NCBI GenBank assembly: GCA_052327205.1
Contig: JBMRGM010000040.1
Span: 44,516,001-44,580,000 of the forward strand
Direction of reading: 5' to 3'
DNA: 64,000 bases
Source: Somniosus microcephalus
Taxonomy: Eukaryota
The notes under the pieces are model-generated. The model worked only from the letters and a program-made list of their open reading frames with translations, was not told the origin of the DNA and searched no databases. Shown here piece by piece: positions 11,901 to 25,802 of the stretch (position 1 is the stretch's first letter; every line of letters begins with the position of its first letter). The translations under genes and the position numbers were made by a program.

Positions 11901-14900
11901 GATTCTGTGTGTTCTGTCAGTTTATGGTCAGTGATCAGATTCTGTGTGTTCAGTCAGTTTATGGTCAGGGGTCAGATTCTGTGTGTTCAGTAAGTTTATG
12001 GTCAGAGGTCAGGCTCTGTGTGTACAGTCAGTTTATGGTCAGAAGTCAGATTCTGTGTGTTCAGTCAGTTTATGGTCATGGGTCAGATTCTGTGTGTTCA
12101 GTCAGTTTATGGTCAGGGGTCAGATTCTGTGCATTCTGTCAGTTTATGGTCAGGGATCAGATTCTTTGTGTTCAGTCAATTTATGATCAGGGTTCTGATT
12201 GTGTATGTTCAGTCAGTTTATGGTCAGGCGCCAGATCCTGTGTGTTCAGTCAGTTTATGGTCAGTGGGTCAGATTCTGTGTGTACAGTCAATTTGTGGTC
12301 AGGGCTCAGTTTATGCGTGTGCAGTCAGTTTATGGTCAGTGGTCAGACTGTGTGTATTCAGTCAGTTTATGGTCAGGGGAGAAGATTTTGTGTGTTCGGT
12401 CAGATTATGGGCAGGGGTTAGATTATGCGTGTTCTGTCAGTTTATGGTCAGGTGGTCAGATTCTGTGTGTTCAGTCAATTTATGGTCAGGGGTCAGATTA
12501 TGTGTGCAGACAGTTTATGGGCAGTGGTCAGATTCTGTCTGTTCAGTTACTTTATGGTCATTTGGTCAGCTTATGTGCATTCAGTCAGTATATGATCAGG
12601 AGTCAGATTCTGTGTGTTCAGTAAGTTTATGATCAGTGGATCAGATTCTTTGTGTTCAGTCAGTTTATGGTCAGGGGTCAGATTCTGTGTGCTCCGTTAG
12701 TTGATGGTCAGTGGTCAGATTCCGTGTGTTCAGTCAGTTTATGTTCAGGGGTCAGCTTCTGTGTGTTCAGACAGTTTATGATCAGGGGTCAGATTCTGTG
12801 TGTTCAGTCAGTTTATGGTGAGGTGGTCAGATTCTGTGTGTTCAGTCAGCTCATGGTCAGGACGTCAGATTTTCTGTGTGCAGTCAGTTTATGGTCAGGG
12901 CGTCAGATTCTTTGTGTTCACTCATTTTAAGTTCAGGGGGGCAGATTCTGTGTGTTCAGTCAGATTATGGTCAGGGGTTTTGATTCAGTGTGTTCTGTCA
13001 GTTTATGGTCAGGGGGTCAGATTCTGTGTGTTCAGTAAGTTTATGGTCAGAGGGTCAGATTCTGTGTGTTCATTCAGTTTATGGTCAGGGGTTCAGATTC
13101 TGTGTGTTCAATCAGCTTATGGCCAGGTATCAGATTCTTTATGTTCAATCAGTTTATGGTCAGGGGTCAGATTCTGTGTGTTCAGACAGATTATGGCCGG
13201 TGTCAGATTCGGTGTGTTCAGTCAGTTTATGGTCAGGTGTCAGATTCTGTGTGTTCAGTCAGTTTATGGTCAGTGTGTCAGATTTTGTGTGTTCAGTCAG
13301 TTAATGGTCAGGGGTCAGATTCTGTGGGTTCAGACAGTTTATAGTCAGGGGTGTGATTCTGTATGGTCAGTCAGTTTGTGGTCAGTGGGTCTGATTCTAT
13401 GTGTTCAGTCAGTTTATGGTCAGGGGTCAGATTTTGTGTGTTCAGACAGATTATGGTCGTTGTCAGATTCGGTGTGTTCAGTCAGTTTATGGTCAGGGGC
13501 CAGATTCGGTGTGTTCAGTCAGCTTATGTTATGTGGGTCAGATAATGTGTGTTCAGTCAGTTTAAGGTCTGTGGGGCAGATTCTGTGTATTCAGGCAGTT
13601 GATGTTCAGTGTGTCATATTCTGTGTGTACAGTCAGTTTATGGTCAGGAGGTCAGATTCTGAGTGTTCTGTCAGATTATAGTCGGGGGGTAAGATTCTGT
13701 GTGTTCAGTCAATTTATGGTCAGTGGGTCAGATTCTGTGTGTTCAGTCAGTTTTTGGTCAGGCGTCAGATTCTGTCTGTTCAGATAGTTTATGGTCACTT
13801 GGTCAGATTCTGTGCGTACAGTCAGTTTATGATCAGGGGTCAGATTATGTGTGTTCAGTCAGTTTATGGACAGTGGCCAGATTCTGTATGTTCAGTCAGT
13901 TTATGTTCAGTGGGTCAGCTTCTGTGTGTTCATTCACGTTATTTTCAGGGTGTAAGATTCTGTGTGTTCAGTTATTTTATGGTCAGACCTCAGTTTCTGT
14001 GTGCTCAGTCAGTTTATGGTCATTGGGTCAGATTCTGTGCATTCAGTCAGTTTATGATCAGGAGTCAGTTTCTGTGTGTTCAGTCAGTTTATGGTCAGGT
14101 GTCAGATTCTGTGTGTTAAATCAGTTTATGTTCATTGGGTAAGATACTGTGTGTTCAGTCAATTTATTGTCAGGGGGTCAGACTCTGTGTGTTCAGTCAA
14201 TATATGTTCAGGGGTCAGATTCTGTGTGTTCAGTCAGTTTATAGTCAGTGGTCAGTTTCTCTCTGTTCAATCAGTTTATGTTCAGGGGGGCAGATCCTGT
14301 GTGTTCAGTCAGTTTATGGTCAGGGGTCAGATTATGTGTGTTCTGTCAGCTTATGGTCAGGGGGTCAGATTCTGTGTGTTCAGTCAGTTTATGAACAGGG
14401 GGTCAGATTATGTGTGTTCAGTGAGGTTGTGGTCAGTGGTCAGATTCTGTGTGTTCAGTCAGTTTATGGTCGGGGGTGAGATTCGGTGTGTTCAGTCAGT
14501 TTATGGATGGTATCAGATTCTGTGCGTTCAGTTATTTTATGGTCAGGTGTTAGATTTTGTGTGTTCAGTCAGTTTATGGTCAAGGGTCAGATTTTGTGTG
14601 TCCAGTTAGTTTATGGTCAGCGGTCAGATTCTGTGTATCAGTCAGTTTATGGTCAGCGGTCAGATTCTGTGTGTTCAGTCAGTTTATGGTCATGGGTCAG
14701 ATTCTGTGTGTTCAGTCAGTTTATGGTCAGGGGTCAGATTCTGTGCATTCTGTCAGTTTATGGTCAGCGGTCAGATTCTGTGTGTTCAGTCAATTAATGA
14801 TCAGGGTTCAGATTGTATTTGTTCAGTCAGTTTATGGTCAGGCGCCAGATCCTGTGTGTTCAGTCAGTTTATGGTCAGTGGGTCAGATTCTGTGTGTACA

Positions 14901-17900
14901 GTCAATTTGTGGTCAGGGCTCAGTTTATGCGTGTGCAGTCAGTTTATGGTCAGTGGTCAGACTCTGTGTATTCAGTCAGTTTATGGTCAGGGTAGAAGAT
15001 TTTGTGTGTTCGGTCAGATTATGGGCAGGGGTTAGATTATGCGTGTTCTGTCAGTTTATGGTCAGGTGGTCAGATTCTGTGTGTTCAGTCAATTTATGGT
15101 CAGGGGTCAGATTATGTGTGCAGTCAGTTTATGGGCAGTGGTCAGATTCTGTCTGTTCAGTTAGTTTATGGTCATTTGGTCAGATTATGTGCATTCAGTC
15201 AGTATATGATCAGGAGTCAGATTATGTGTGTTCAGTCAGTTTATGGCCAGTGTTCAGATTCTGTGTGTTCAGTAAGTTTATGCTCAGTGGATCAGATTCT
15301 TTGTGTTCAGTCAGTTTATGGTCAGGGGTCAGATTCTGTGTGCTCCGTTAGTTGATGGTCAGCGGTCAGATTCCGTGTGTTCAGTCAGTTTATGTTCAGG
15401 GGTCAGTTTCTGTGTGTTCAGTCAGTTTATGATCAGGGGTCACATTCTGTGTGTTCAGTCAGTTTATGGTCAGGGGTCAGATTCTGTGTGTTCTTTCAGT
15501 TTATGGTGAGGTGGTCAGATTCTGTGTGTTCAGTCACCTCATGGTCAGGACGTCAGATTTTCTGTGTACAGTCAGTTTATGGTCAGGGCGTCAGATTATT
15601 TGTGTTCACTCATTTTAAGTTCAGAGGGGCAGATTCTGTGTGTTCAGTCAGATTATGGTCAGGGGTTTTGATTCTGTGTGTTCTGTCAGTTTATGGTCAG
15701 GGGGTCAGATTCTGTGTGTTCAGTCAGTTTATGGTCAGAGGGTCAGATTCTGTGTGTTCATTCAGTTTATGGTCAGGTGTTCAGATTCTGTGTGTTCAAT
15801 CAGCTTATGGTCAGGTATCAGATTCTTTATGTTCAATCAGTTTATGGTCAGAGGGTCAGATTCTGTGTGTTCATTCAGTTTATTGTCAGGGGCACAGAAT
15901 CTGTGTGTTCAATCAGCTTATGGTCAGGTATCAGATTCTTTATGTTCAATCAGTTTATGGTCAGGGGTCAGATTCTGTGTGTTCAGTCAATTTATGGTCA
16001 GGTGCCAGATTCTGTGTGTTCAGTCAGTTTATGGTCAGTGTGTCAGATTTTGTGTGTTCAGTCAGTTTATGGTCAGAGGTCAGATTCTGTGTGTTCAGTC
16101 AATTTATGTTCAGGGGTCAGTTTCTGTGTGTTCAGTCAGTTTATGATCAGGGGTCAGATTCTGTGTGTTCAGTCATTTTATGGTCAGGGGTCAGATTCTG
16201 TGTGTTCTGTCAGTTTATGGTGAGGTGGTCAGATTCTGTGTGTTCAATCACCTCATGGTCAGGACGTCAGATTTTCTGTGTACAGTCAGTTTATGGTCAG
16301 GGCGTCAGATTCTGTGTGTTCAGTCAGTTTATGGTCAGAGGGTCAGATTCTGTGTGTTCATTCAGTTTATGGTCAGGGGTTCAGATTCTGTGTGTTCAAT
16401 CAGCTTATGGTCAGGTATCAGATTCTTTATGTTCAATCAGTTTATGGTCAGGGGTCAGAATCTGTGTGTTCAGACAGATTATGGCCGGTGTCAGATTCGG
16501 TGTGTTCAGTCAGTTTATGGTCAGGTGCCAGATTCTGTGTGTTCAGTCAGTTTATGGTCAGTGTGTCAGATTTTGTGTGTTCAGTCAGTTAATGGTCAGC
16601 GGTCAGATTCTGTGGGTTCAGACAGTTTATAGTCAGGGGTATGATTCTGTATGATCAGTCAGTTTGTGGTCAGTGGGTCTGATTCTATGTGTTCAGTCAG
16701 TTTATGGTCAGGGGTCAGATTTTGTGTGTTCAGACAGATTATGGTCGGTGTCAGATTCGGTGTGTTCAGTCAGTTTATGGTCAGGGGTCAGATTCGGTGT
16801 ATTCGGTCAGTTGATGTTCAGTGTGTCATATTCTGTGTGTACAGTCAGTTTATGGTCAGGAGGTCAGATTCTGAGTGTTCTGTCAGATTATAGTCTGGGG
16901 GTAAGATTCTGTGTGTTCAGTCAATTTATGGTCAGTGGGTCAGATTCTGTGTGTTCAGTCAGTTTATGGTCAGGCGTCAGATTCTGTCTGTTCAGATAGT
17001 TTATGGTCACTTGGTCAGATTCTGTGCGTACAGTCAGTTTATGATCAGGGGTCAGATTATGTGTGTTCAGTCAGTTTATGGTCAGTGGGTCAGCTTCTGT
17101 GTGTTCATTCACGTTATGTTCAGGGTGTAAGATTCTGTGTGTTCAGTTATTTTATGGTCAGACCTCAGTTTCTGTGTGCTCAGTCAGTTTATGGTCATTG
17201 GGTCAGATTCTGTGCATTCAGTCAGTTTATGATCAGGAGTCAGTTTCTGTGTGTTCGGTCAGTTTATGGTCAGTGGTCAGATTCTGTGTGTTCAGTCAGT
17301 TTATGGTCAGTGGGCAGACTCTGAGTGTTCAGTCAGTTTATGGTCAGTGGGTCAGATTCCGTGTGTTCAGTCAGTTTATGGTCAGAGGTCAGATTCTGTC
17401 TGTTCAGTCAGTTTATGGTTAGAGGTCGGATACTGTGTGTAGAGTCAGTTTATGATGAGGGGTCAGATTCTGTGTGTTCTGTCAGTTTATGGTCGGGGTC
17501 AGATTCTCTGTGTTCAGTCAATTTATGGTCAGTGGGTCAGATTCTGTGTGTAGATTCAGTTTATGGTCAGGATGTCAGACTTTGTGTGAACAGTCAGTTT
17601 ATGGTCAGTGGGTCAGATTATGTGTGTTCAGTCAATTTATGGTCATGGTGCCAGATTCTGTGTGTTCAGTCAGTTTATGGTCAGTGGGTCAGATACTGTT
17701 TGTTCAGTCAGTTTATGGTCAGGGTTCATATTCTGTGTTCAGTCAGTTTATGGTCAGGGGTCAGATTCTGTGTGTTCAGTCAGTTTATTGTCAGTGGTCA
17801 GATTCTGTATGTTCAGTCAGTTTATGATCAGGTTTCAGATTCTGTGTGTTAAATCAGTATATGTTGATTGGGTAAGATACTGTGTGTTCAGTCACTTTAT

Positions 17901-20900
17901 TGTCAGGGGGTCAGATTCTGTGTGTTCAGTCAGTTTATATTCAGTGATCAGTTTCTCTCTGTTCAATCAGTTTATGTTCAGGGGGGCAGATCCTGTGTGT
18001 TCAGTCAGTTTATGGTCAGGGGTCAGATTATGTGTGTTCTGTCAGTTTATGGTCAGGGGGTCAGATTCTGTGTGTTCAGTCAGTTTATGATCAGGGGGTC
18101 AGATTATGTGTGTTCAGTGAGGTTGTGGTCAGTGGTCAGATTCTGTGTGTTCAGTCAGTTTATGGTCGGGTGTGAGATTCGGTGTGTTCAGTCAGTTTAT
18201 GGATGGTATCAGATTCTATGCGTTCAGTTATTTTATGGTCAGGTGTTAGATTTTGTGTGTTCAGTCAGTTTATGGTCAAGGGTCAGATTTTGTGTGTCCA
18301 GTTAGTTTATGGTCAGCGGTCAGATTCTGTGTGTTCAGTCAGTATATGGTCATGTGTCAGATTCTGTGTATTCAGTCATTATATGGTCAGGGGTCAGATT
18401 CTGTGTGTCCAGTAAGTTTACGATCAGTGGTCAGATTCTGTGTGTTCAGTCAGTTTATGGTCAGCGGAGAAGATTTTGTGTGTTCGGTCAGATTATGGGC
18501 AGGGGTTAGATTATGCGTGTTCTGTCAGTTTATGGTCAGGTGGTCAGATTCTGTGTGTTCAGTCAATTTATGGTCAGGGGTCAGATTATGTGTGCAGTCA
18601 GTTTATGGGCAGTGGTCAGATTCTGTCTGTTCAGTTAGTTTATGGTCATTTGGTCAGATTCTGTGTGTTCAGTCAGTATATGATCAGGAGTCAGATTATG
18701 TGTGTTCATTCAGTTTATGGCCAGTGTTCAGATTCTGTGTGTTCAGTAAGTTTATGCTCAGTGGATCAGATTCTTTGTGTTCAGTCAGTTTATGGTCAGG
18801 GGTCAGATTCTGTGTGCTCCGTTAGTTGATGGTCAGTGGTCAGATTCCGTGTTTTCAGTCAGTTTATGTTCAGGGGTCAGCTTCTGTGTGTTCAGTCAGT
18901 TTATGATCAGGGGTCAGATTCTGTGTGTTCAGTCAGTTTATGGTCAGGGTTCAGATTCTGTGTGTTCTGTCAGTTTATGGTGAGGTGGTCAGATTCTGTG
19001 TGTTCAGTCACCTCATGGTCAGGACGTCAGATTTTCTGTGTACAGTCAGCTTATGGTCAGGGCGTCAGATTCTTTGTGTTCACTCATTTTAAGTTCAGGG
19101 GGGCAGATTCTGTGTGTTCAGTCAGATTATGGTCAGGGGTTTTGATTCTGAGTGTTCTGTCAGATTATAGTCGGGGGGTAAGATTCTGTGTGTTCAGTCA
19201 ATTTATGGTCAGTGGGTCAGATTCTGTGTGTTCAGTCAGTTTATGGTCAGGCGTCAGATACTGTCTGTTCAGATAGTTTATGGTCACTTGGTCAGATTCT
19301 GTGCGTACAGTCAGTTTATGATCAGGGGTCAGATTATGTGTGTTGAGTCAGTTTATGGACAGTGGCCAGATTCTGTGTGTTCAGTCAGTTTATTGTCAGT
19401 GGGTCAGCTTCTGTGTGGTCAGTCACGTTATGTTCAGGGTGTAAGTTTCTGTGTGTTCAGTTATTTTATGGTCAGACCTCAGTTTCTGTGTGCTCAGTCA
19501 GTTTATGGTCATTGGGTCAGATTCTGTGCATTCAGTCAGTTTATGATCAGGAGTCAGTTTCTGTGTGTTCAGTCAGTTTATGGTCAGTGGTCAGATTCTG
19601 TGTGTTCAGTCAGTTTATGGTCAGTGGGCAGATTCTGTGTATCAGTCAGTTTATGGTCAGCGGTCAGATTCTGTATGTTCAGTCAGTATATGGTCATGGT
19701 TCAGATTCTGTGTATTCAGTCAGTTTATGGTCAGGGCGTCAGATTATCTGTGTGTTCAGTCAGTTTATGGTCGGGGATCAGATTCTGTGTGTTCAGTCAG
19801 TTGATGATATGGTGGTCAGATTCTGTGTGTTCAGTCAGTTTATGGTCAGAGGGTCAGATTCTGTGTGTTCAGTCAGTTTATGGTCAGGGGGTCAGATTCC
19901 GTGTGATCAGTCAGTTTATGGTCAGGGGACAGAATCTCTGTGTTCAGTCAGTTTATATTCAGGGCGTCAGGTTCTCTCTGTGTTCAGTCAGGTTATGATC
20001 ATGGGATCAGATTCTGCGTGTTCAGTCAGTTTATGGTCAGGGGTCAGGCTCTGTGTGTTCAGTCAGTTGATGGTCAGGGTGTAAGATTCTGTGAGTTCAG
20101 TTATTTTAAAGTCAGACCTCAGTTTCTGTGTGTACAGTCAGTTTATGATCATTGGGTCAGATTCTGTGTGTTCAGTCAGTTTATGATCATTGGGTCAGAT
20201 TCTGTGTGTTCAGTCAGTATATGGTCATGGGTCAGATTCTGTGTATTCAGTCATTATATGGTCAGGGGTCAGATTCTGTATGTCCAGTAAGTTTACGATC
20301 AGTGGTCAGATTCTGTGTGTTCAGTCAGTTTATGGTCAGCGGAGAAGATTTTGTGTGTTCGGTCAGATTATGGGCAGGGGTTAGATTATGCGTGTTCTGT
20401 CAGTTTATGGTCAGGTGGTCAGATTCTGTGTGTTCAGTCAATTTATGGTCAGGGGTCAGATTCTGTGTGTTCAGTCAATTTATGGTCAGGGGTCAGATTA
20501 TGTGTGCAGTCAGCTTATGGGCAGTGGTCAGATTCTGTCTGTTCAGTTAGTTTATGGTCATTTGGTCAGATTATGTGCATTCAGTCAGTATATGATCAGG
20601 AGTCAGATTATGTGTGTTCATTCAGTTTATGGCCAGTGTTCAGATTCTGTGTGTTCAGTCAGTTTATGGTCAGGGGTCAGATTCTGTGTGTTCAGTCAAT
20701 TTATGGTCAGGGGTCAGATTCTGTGTGTTCAGTAAGTTTATGGCCAGTGTTCAGATTCTGTGTGTTCAGTCAGTTTATGGTCAGGGGTCAGATTCTGTGT
20801 GTTCAGTCAATTTATGGCCAGTGTTCAGATTCTGTGTGTTCAGTAAGTTTATGGCCAGTGTTCAGATTCTGTGTGTTCAGTAAGTTTATGGCCAGTGTTC

Positions 20901-23409
20901 AGATTCTGTGTGTTCAGTAAGTTTATGCTCAGTGGATCAGATTCTTTGTGTTCAGTCAGTTTATGGTCAGGGGTCAGATTCTGTGTGCTCCGTTAGTTGA
21001 TGGTCAGTGGTCAGATTCCGTGTTTTCAGTCAGTTTATGTTCAGGGGTCAGCTTCTGTGTGTTCAGTCAGTTTATGATCAGGGGTCAGATTCTGTGTGTT
21101 CTGTCAGTTTATGGTCAGGGGTCAGATTCTGTGTGTTCTGTCAGTTTATGGTGAGGTGGTCAGATTCTGTGTGTTCAGTCACCTCATGGTCAGGACGTCA
21201 GATTTTCTGTGTACAGTCAGTTTATGGTCAGGGCGTCAGATTCTTTGTGTTCACTCATTTTAAGTTCAGGGGGGCAGATTCTGTGTGTTCAGTCAGATTA
21301 TGGTCAGGGGTTTTGATTCTGAGTGTTCTGTCAGATTATAGTCGGGGGGTAAGATTCTGTGTGTTCAGTCAATTTATGGTCAGTGGGTCAGATTCTGTGT
21401 GTTCAGTCAGTTTATGGTCAGGCGTCAGATACTGTCTGTTCAGATAGTTTATGGTCACTTGGTCAGATTCTGTGTGTACAGTCAGTTTATGATCAGGGGT
21501 CAGATTCTGTGTGTTCAGTCAGTTTATGATCAGGGGTCAGATTATGTGTGTTCAGTCAGTTTATTGTCAGTGGGTCAGCTTCTGTGTGGTCAGTCACGTT
21601 ATGTTCAGGGTGTAAGATTCTGTGTGTTCAGTTATTTTATGGTCAGACCTCAGTTTCTGTGTGCTCAGTCAGTTTATGGTCATTGGGTCAGATTCTGTGC
21701 ATTCAGTCAGTTTATGATCAGGAGTCAGTTTCTGTGTGTTCAGTCAGTTTATGGTCAGTGGTCAGATTCTGTGTTTTCAGTCAGTTTATGGTCAGTGGGC
21801 AGATTCTGTGTATCAGTCAGTTTATGGTCAGCGGTCAGATTCTGTGTGTTCAGTCTGTATATGGTCAGTGGGCAGATTCTGTGTATTCAGTCAGTTTATG
21901 GTCAGGGCTCAGAATCTCTGTGTTCAGTCAGTATATGGTCAGGGCGTAAGATTATCTGTGTGTTCAGTCAGTTTATGGTCGGGGATCAGATTCTGTGTGT
22001 TCAGTCAGTTGATGATATGGTGGTCAGATTCTGTGTGTTCAGTCAGTTTATGGTCAGGGGGTCAGATTCCGTGTGATCAGTCAGTTTATGGTCAGGGGAC
22101 AGAATCTCTGTGTTCAGTCAGTTTATATTCAGGGCGTCAGGTTCTCTCTGTGTTCAGTCAGGTTATGGTCATGGGGTCAGATTCTGCGTGTTCAGTCAGT
22201 TTATGGTCAGGGGTCAGGCTCTGTGTGTTCAGTCAGTTGATGGTCAGGGTGTAAGATTCTGTGAGTTCAGTTATTTTAAAGTCAGACCTCAGTTTCTGTG
22301 TGTTCAGTCAGTTTATGATCATTGGGTCAGATTCTGTGCGTTCAGTCAGATAAGATCCGGAGTCATATTCTGTGTGTTCAGTCAGTTTATAGTCAGTGGT
22401 CGGATTCTGTGTGTTCAGTCAGTTTATGGTCATTGGTCAGATTCTGAGTGCTCCGTCAGTTTATAGTCAGTGGGTCAGATTCCGTGTGTTCAGTCAGTTT
22501 ATGGTCACGGGTCAGATTCTGTGTGTTCAGTAAGTTTATGGACAGGGGGTAAGATTCTGTGTGTTCAGTTATTTTATGGTCTGGGTTTCAGAATCTGTGT
22601 GTTCGGTCAGTTTATTGTCAGTGGGTCAGATTCTGTGTGTTCAGTCAGTTTATGGCCATGGTGTAAGATTCTGTGTGTTCAGTTATTTTATGGTCAGACC
22701 TCAGTTTCTGTGTGTTCAGTCAGTTTATGGCCATGGTGTAAGTTTCTGTGTGTTCAGTTATTTTATGGTCAGACCTCAGTTTCTGTGTGTTCAGTCAGTT
22801 TATGATCATTGGGTCAGATTCTGTGCGTTCAGTCAGTTTATGATCAGGAGTCAGATTCTGTGTGTTCAGTCAGTTTATAGTCAGTGTTCGGATTCTGTGT
22901 GTTCAGTCGGTTTATGGTCAGTGGTCAGATTCTGAGTGTTCCGTCAGTTTATAGTCAGTGGGTCAGCTTCCGTGTGTTCAGTCAATTTATGGTCAGGGGT
23001 CAGATTCTGTGTGTTCAGTTATTTTATGGTCAGAGGTCAGATACTGTGTGTTCAGTCAGTTTATGTTCAGGGGTGAGATACTGTTTGCAGTCAGTTCATG
23101 GTCAGGGGTCAGATTCTGTGTGTTCAATCAGCTTATGATCAGGGGTCAGATTCTGTGTGTTCTGTCAGTTTATGGTCGGGGTCAGATTCTCTGTGTTCAG
23201 TCAATTTATGGTCAGTGTGTCAGATTTTTTGTGTTGAGTCAGTTTATGGTCAGGGGTCAGATTCTGTGTGTTCAGTCAGTTTATGGTCAGGGGACAGATG
23301 CTGTGTGTTCTGTCAGTTAATGGTCAGGGGCCAGATTTTGTGTGTTCAGTCAGTTTATGGTCAGGGGTCAGATTCTGTGTGTTAAATCAGTTTATGGTCA
23401 TTGGGTAAG

Positions 23410-23675
23410 TGAAATAAAGAATAGATTTGCCTTTCTAATCTAGGCTTTATATACTTTAAAAATCCAGTAGCACGTCTTTCAAATCCAGTCTCCAACCATG
23501 ACTGGAGAGAACTCTCATAATCTGCCCCCCTGACATCCACTACCAATGAGTTTACAGCATATATCTCAAGGTAGAAACAAACAACCAATTACAAAACTTC
23601 TTGCTAATACAGAGAACAACCAACCCATTCACCAATCACAATAATTCTTATTAAACATAGGAAATAATCACCACA
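23410..23675 (-). mobile_element. Solo LTR (266 bp) in the satellite
   Basis: TG...CA termini and a 5-bp TSD GTAAG (23405-23409 / 23676-23680). The empty-site monomer is present near 14130 and 17870. Strand is tentative. Confidence 0.8.
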
Positions 23676-23896
23676 GTAAGATACTGTGTGTTCAGTCAAT
23701 TAATTGTCAGGGGGTCAGACTCTGTGTGTTCAGTCAATTTATGGTCAGGGGTCAGATTCTGTGTGTTCAGTCAGTTTATGGTCAGTGGTCAGTTTCTGTC
23801 TGTTCAATCAGTTTATGTTCAGAGGGGCAGATTCTGTGTGTTCAGTCAGTTTATGATCAGGGGTCAGATTATGTGTGTTCAGTCAGTTTATGTTCA

Positions 23897-24094
23897 CAGA
23901 ATCACAGAATCACAGAAACCCCACAGTGCAGATAGAGGCCATTTCGGCCCATGGAGCCTGCACCGACACATATCCCACCCGATCCCCATAACCCCGACAC
24001 CAACACATATCCCACCCTATCCCCGTAACCCCATGTATTTAATCCCCCGAACACTAAGGGTCAATTTATCATAGCCAATCAACCTAACCTGCAC
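23897..24094 (-). mobile_element. 5'-truncated HE1-like V-SINE in the satellite
   Basis: Reverse complement of the 3' half of the SINE at 31589-31928. TSD ATGTTCA (23890-23896 / 24095-24101) and a (ATTCTGTG)n tail. Confidence 0.88.
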
Positions 24095-25092
24095 ATGTTC
24101 AGGGTGTCAGCTTCTGTGAGTTTGGTCAGTTTATGGTCAGGGGGTCAGATTATGTGTGTTCAGTGAGGTTATGGTCAGTGGTCAGATTCTGTGTGTGCAG
24201 TAAGTTTATGGTCGGGGTTCAGATTCTGTGTGTTCAGTCAGTTTATGATCAGGAGTCAGATTCTGTGTGTTCAGTCAGTTTATGGACACGGGGTAAGATT
24301 CTGTGTTTTCTGCCATTTTATGGTCAGGGGTTCAGAATCTGTGTGTTCAGTCAGTTTATGGTCAGGGGGTCAGATTATGTGTGTTCAGTCAGTTTATGGT
24401 CAGTGCGTCAGATTCCGTGTGTTCAGTCAGTTTATGGTCAGTGCGTCAGATTCTTTGTGTTCAGTCAGCTTATGATCAGGGGTCAGATTCTTTGTGTTCT
24501 GTCAGTTTATGGTCGGGGTCAGATTCTCTGTGTTCAGTCAATTTATGGTCTGTGGGTCAGCTTCTGTGTGTTGACTCAGTTTATGGTCAGGGTGTCAGAT
24601 TCTGTGTGTTCGGTCAGTTTATGGTCAGTGGGTCAGATTCTGTGTGTTCAGTCAGTTTATGGTCAAGGTGACAGATTCTGTGTGTTCAGTCAGTTTATGG
24701 TCAGGGGTCCGATTCTGTGTGTTCAGTCAGCTTATGATCAGGGGTCAGATTCTGTGTGTTCGGTCAGTTTATGGTCAGTGGTTCAGATTCTGTGTGTTCA
24801 GTCAGTTTATGGTCAAGGTGACAGATTCTGTGTGTTCAGTTAGTTTATGGTCATTGTGTCAGATTCTGTTTGTTCAGTCAGTTTATGGTCAGGGTTCATA
24901 TTCTATGTGTTCAGTCAGTTTAATGTCAGGGGTCAGATTCTGTGTGTCCAGTCAGTTTATGGTCAGGGGTCAGATTATCTTTTTTTTGTCAGTTTATGGT
25001 CAGGGGTCAGATTCTGTATGTTCAGTCAGTTTATGGTCAGGGGTCAGATTCTGTGTGTTAAATCAGCTTATGGTCACTGGCTAAGATACTGT

Positions 25093-25802
25093 GGCCTAGA
25101 AATTCACTATGGCCCCGCCAGCTGGCTAGCGCCCAAAAGTTAGCGCTGGGCGCGGAGCCAGTTGCGACCGTCAGATATTCAGTTTTTGCGCCCCAAGTCG
25201 GAACCGGGCGCTATTCCAGGGTGTGCCCGCCCCCGCTTGGAGAACTGAGACTGAAGTTCAGCGCTCTAGCTGCCGCTGTGACACCCGCTGTGGTGCAGCA
25301 GGCTGTGGTACTGCAGGCCTCCTCCTTCTCTTAAGGTGGAGGTGCCTGCAACGGGGAGATCGCCGCTGGATTGTGCCAGCAAATGAGCCCGGCACCACGG
25401 AGAAGTGCCGGGCTCACGGAAAGCAGCTGGCAATGCCGCGGGGGGGTGGTGGAGGAGGCCGGGGAAGGAGGTGCGGGCATGCGGCCGCTGAAAAAGCGGC
25501 CTGCCGCACCTCCACCTTTATGCGCCCCACTAAGGCTGCAGAAAGGCTCTGGTCTCCGGATGTTAGTAGCGGCCGCCACGGAGGAGGCGGCGGCTACTGA
25601 ATATGGGCGTCGGGCCGGCATCGGGGCGGAAACGGGGCACTGCGCACACCGATGACGTCATCGGTGCCGGCGCAGCACTAACGGCTACCCCCGCCAATAC
25701 CGCCGAGCTCAATATCAGCGCAACCTCCTCTATTGGCGCAGAAGCCCTCTTTGGGCGGTAACTGGCCGTAAAGCTGGCAGCGCCTTAATGAATTTCTAGG
25801 CC
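25093..25802. mobile_element. GC-rich MITE (710 bp), possibly PIF/Harbinger-like
   Basis: Terminal inverted repeats GGCCTAGAAATTCA (14 bp perfect, ~31 bp imperfect). Apparent 3-bp TSD TGT/TGC. No transposase. Confidence 0.85.

Noticed and set aside
25223-25655. Gly/Ala/Arg-rich ORFs in the GC-rich insert
   Set aside because: Expected by chance in GC-rich MITE DNA; no transposase or other domain motifs.
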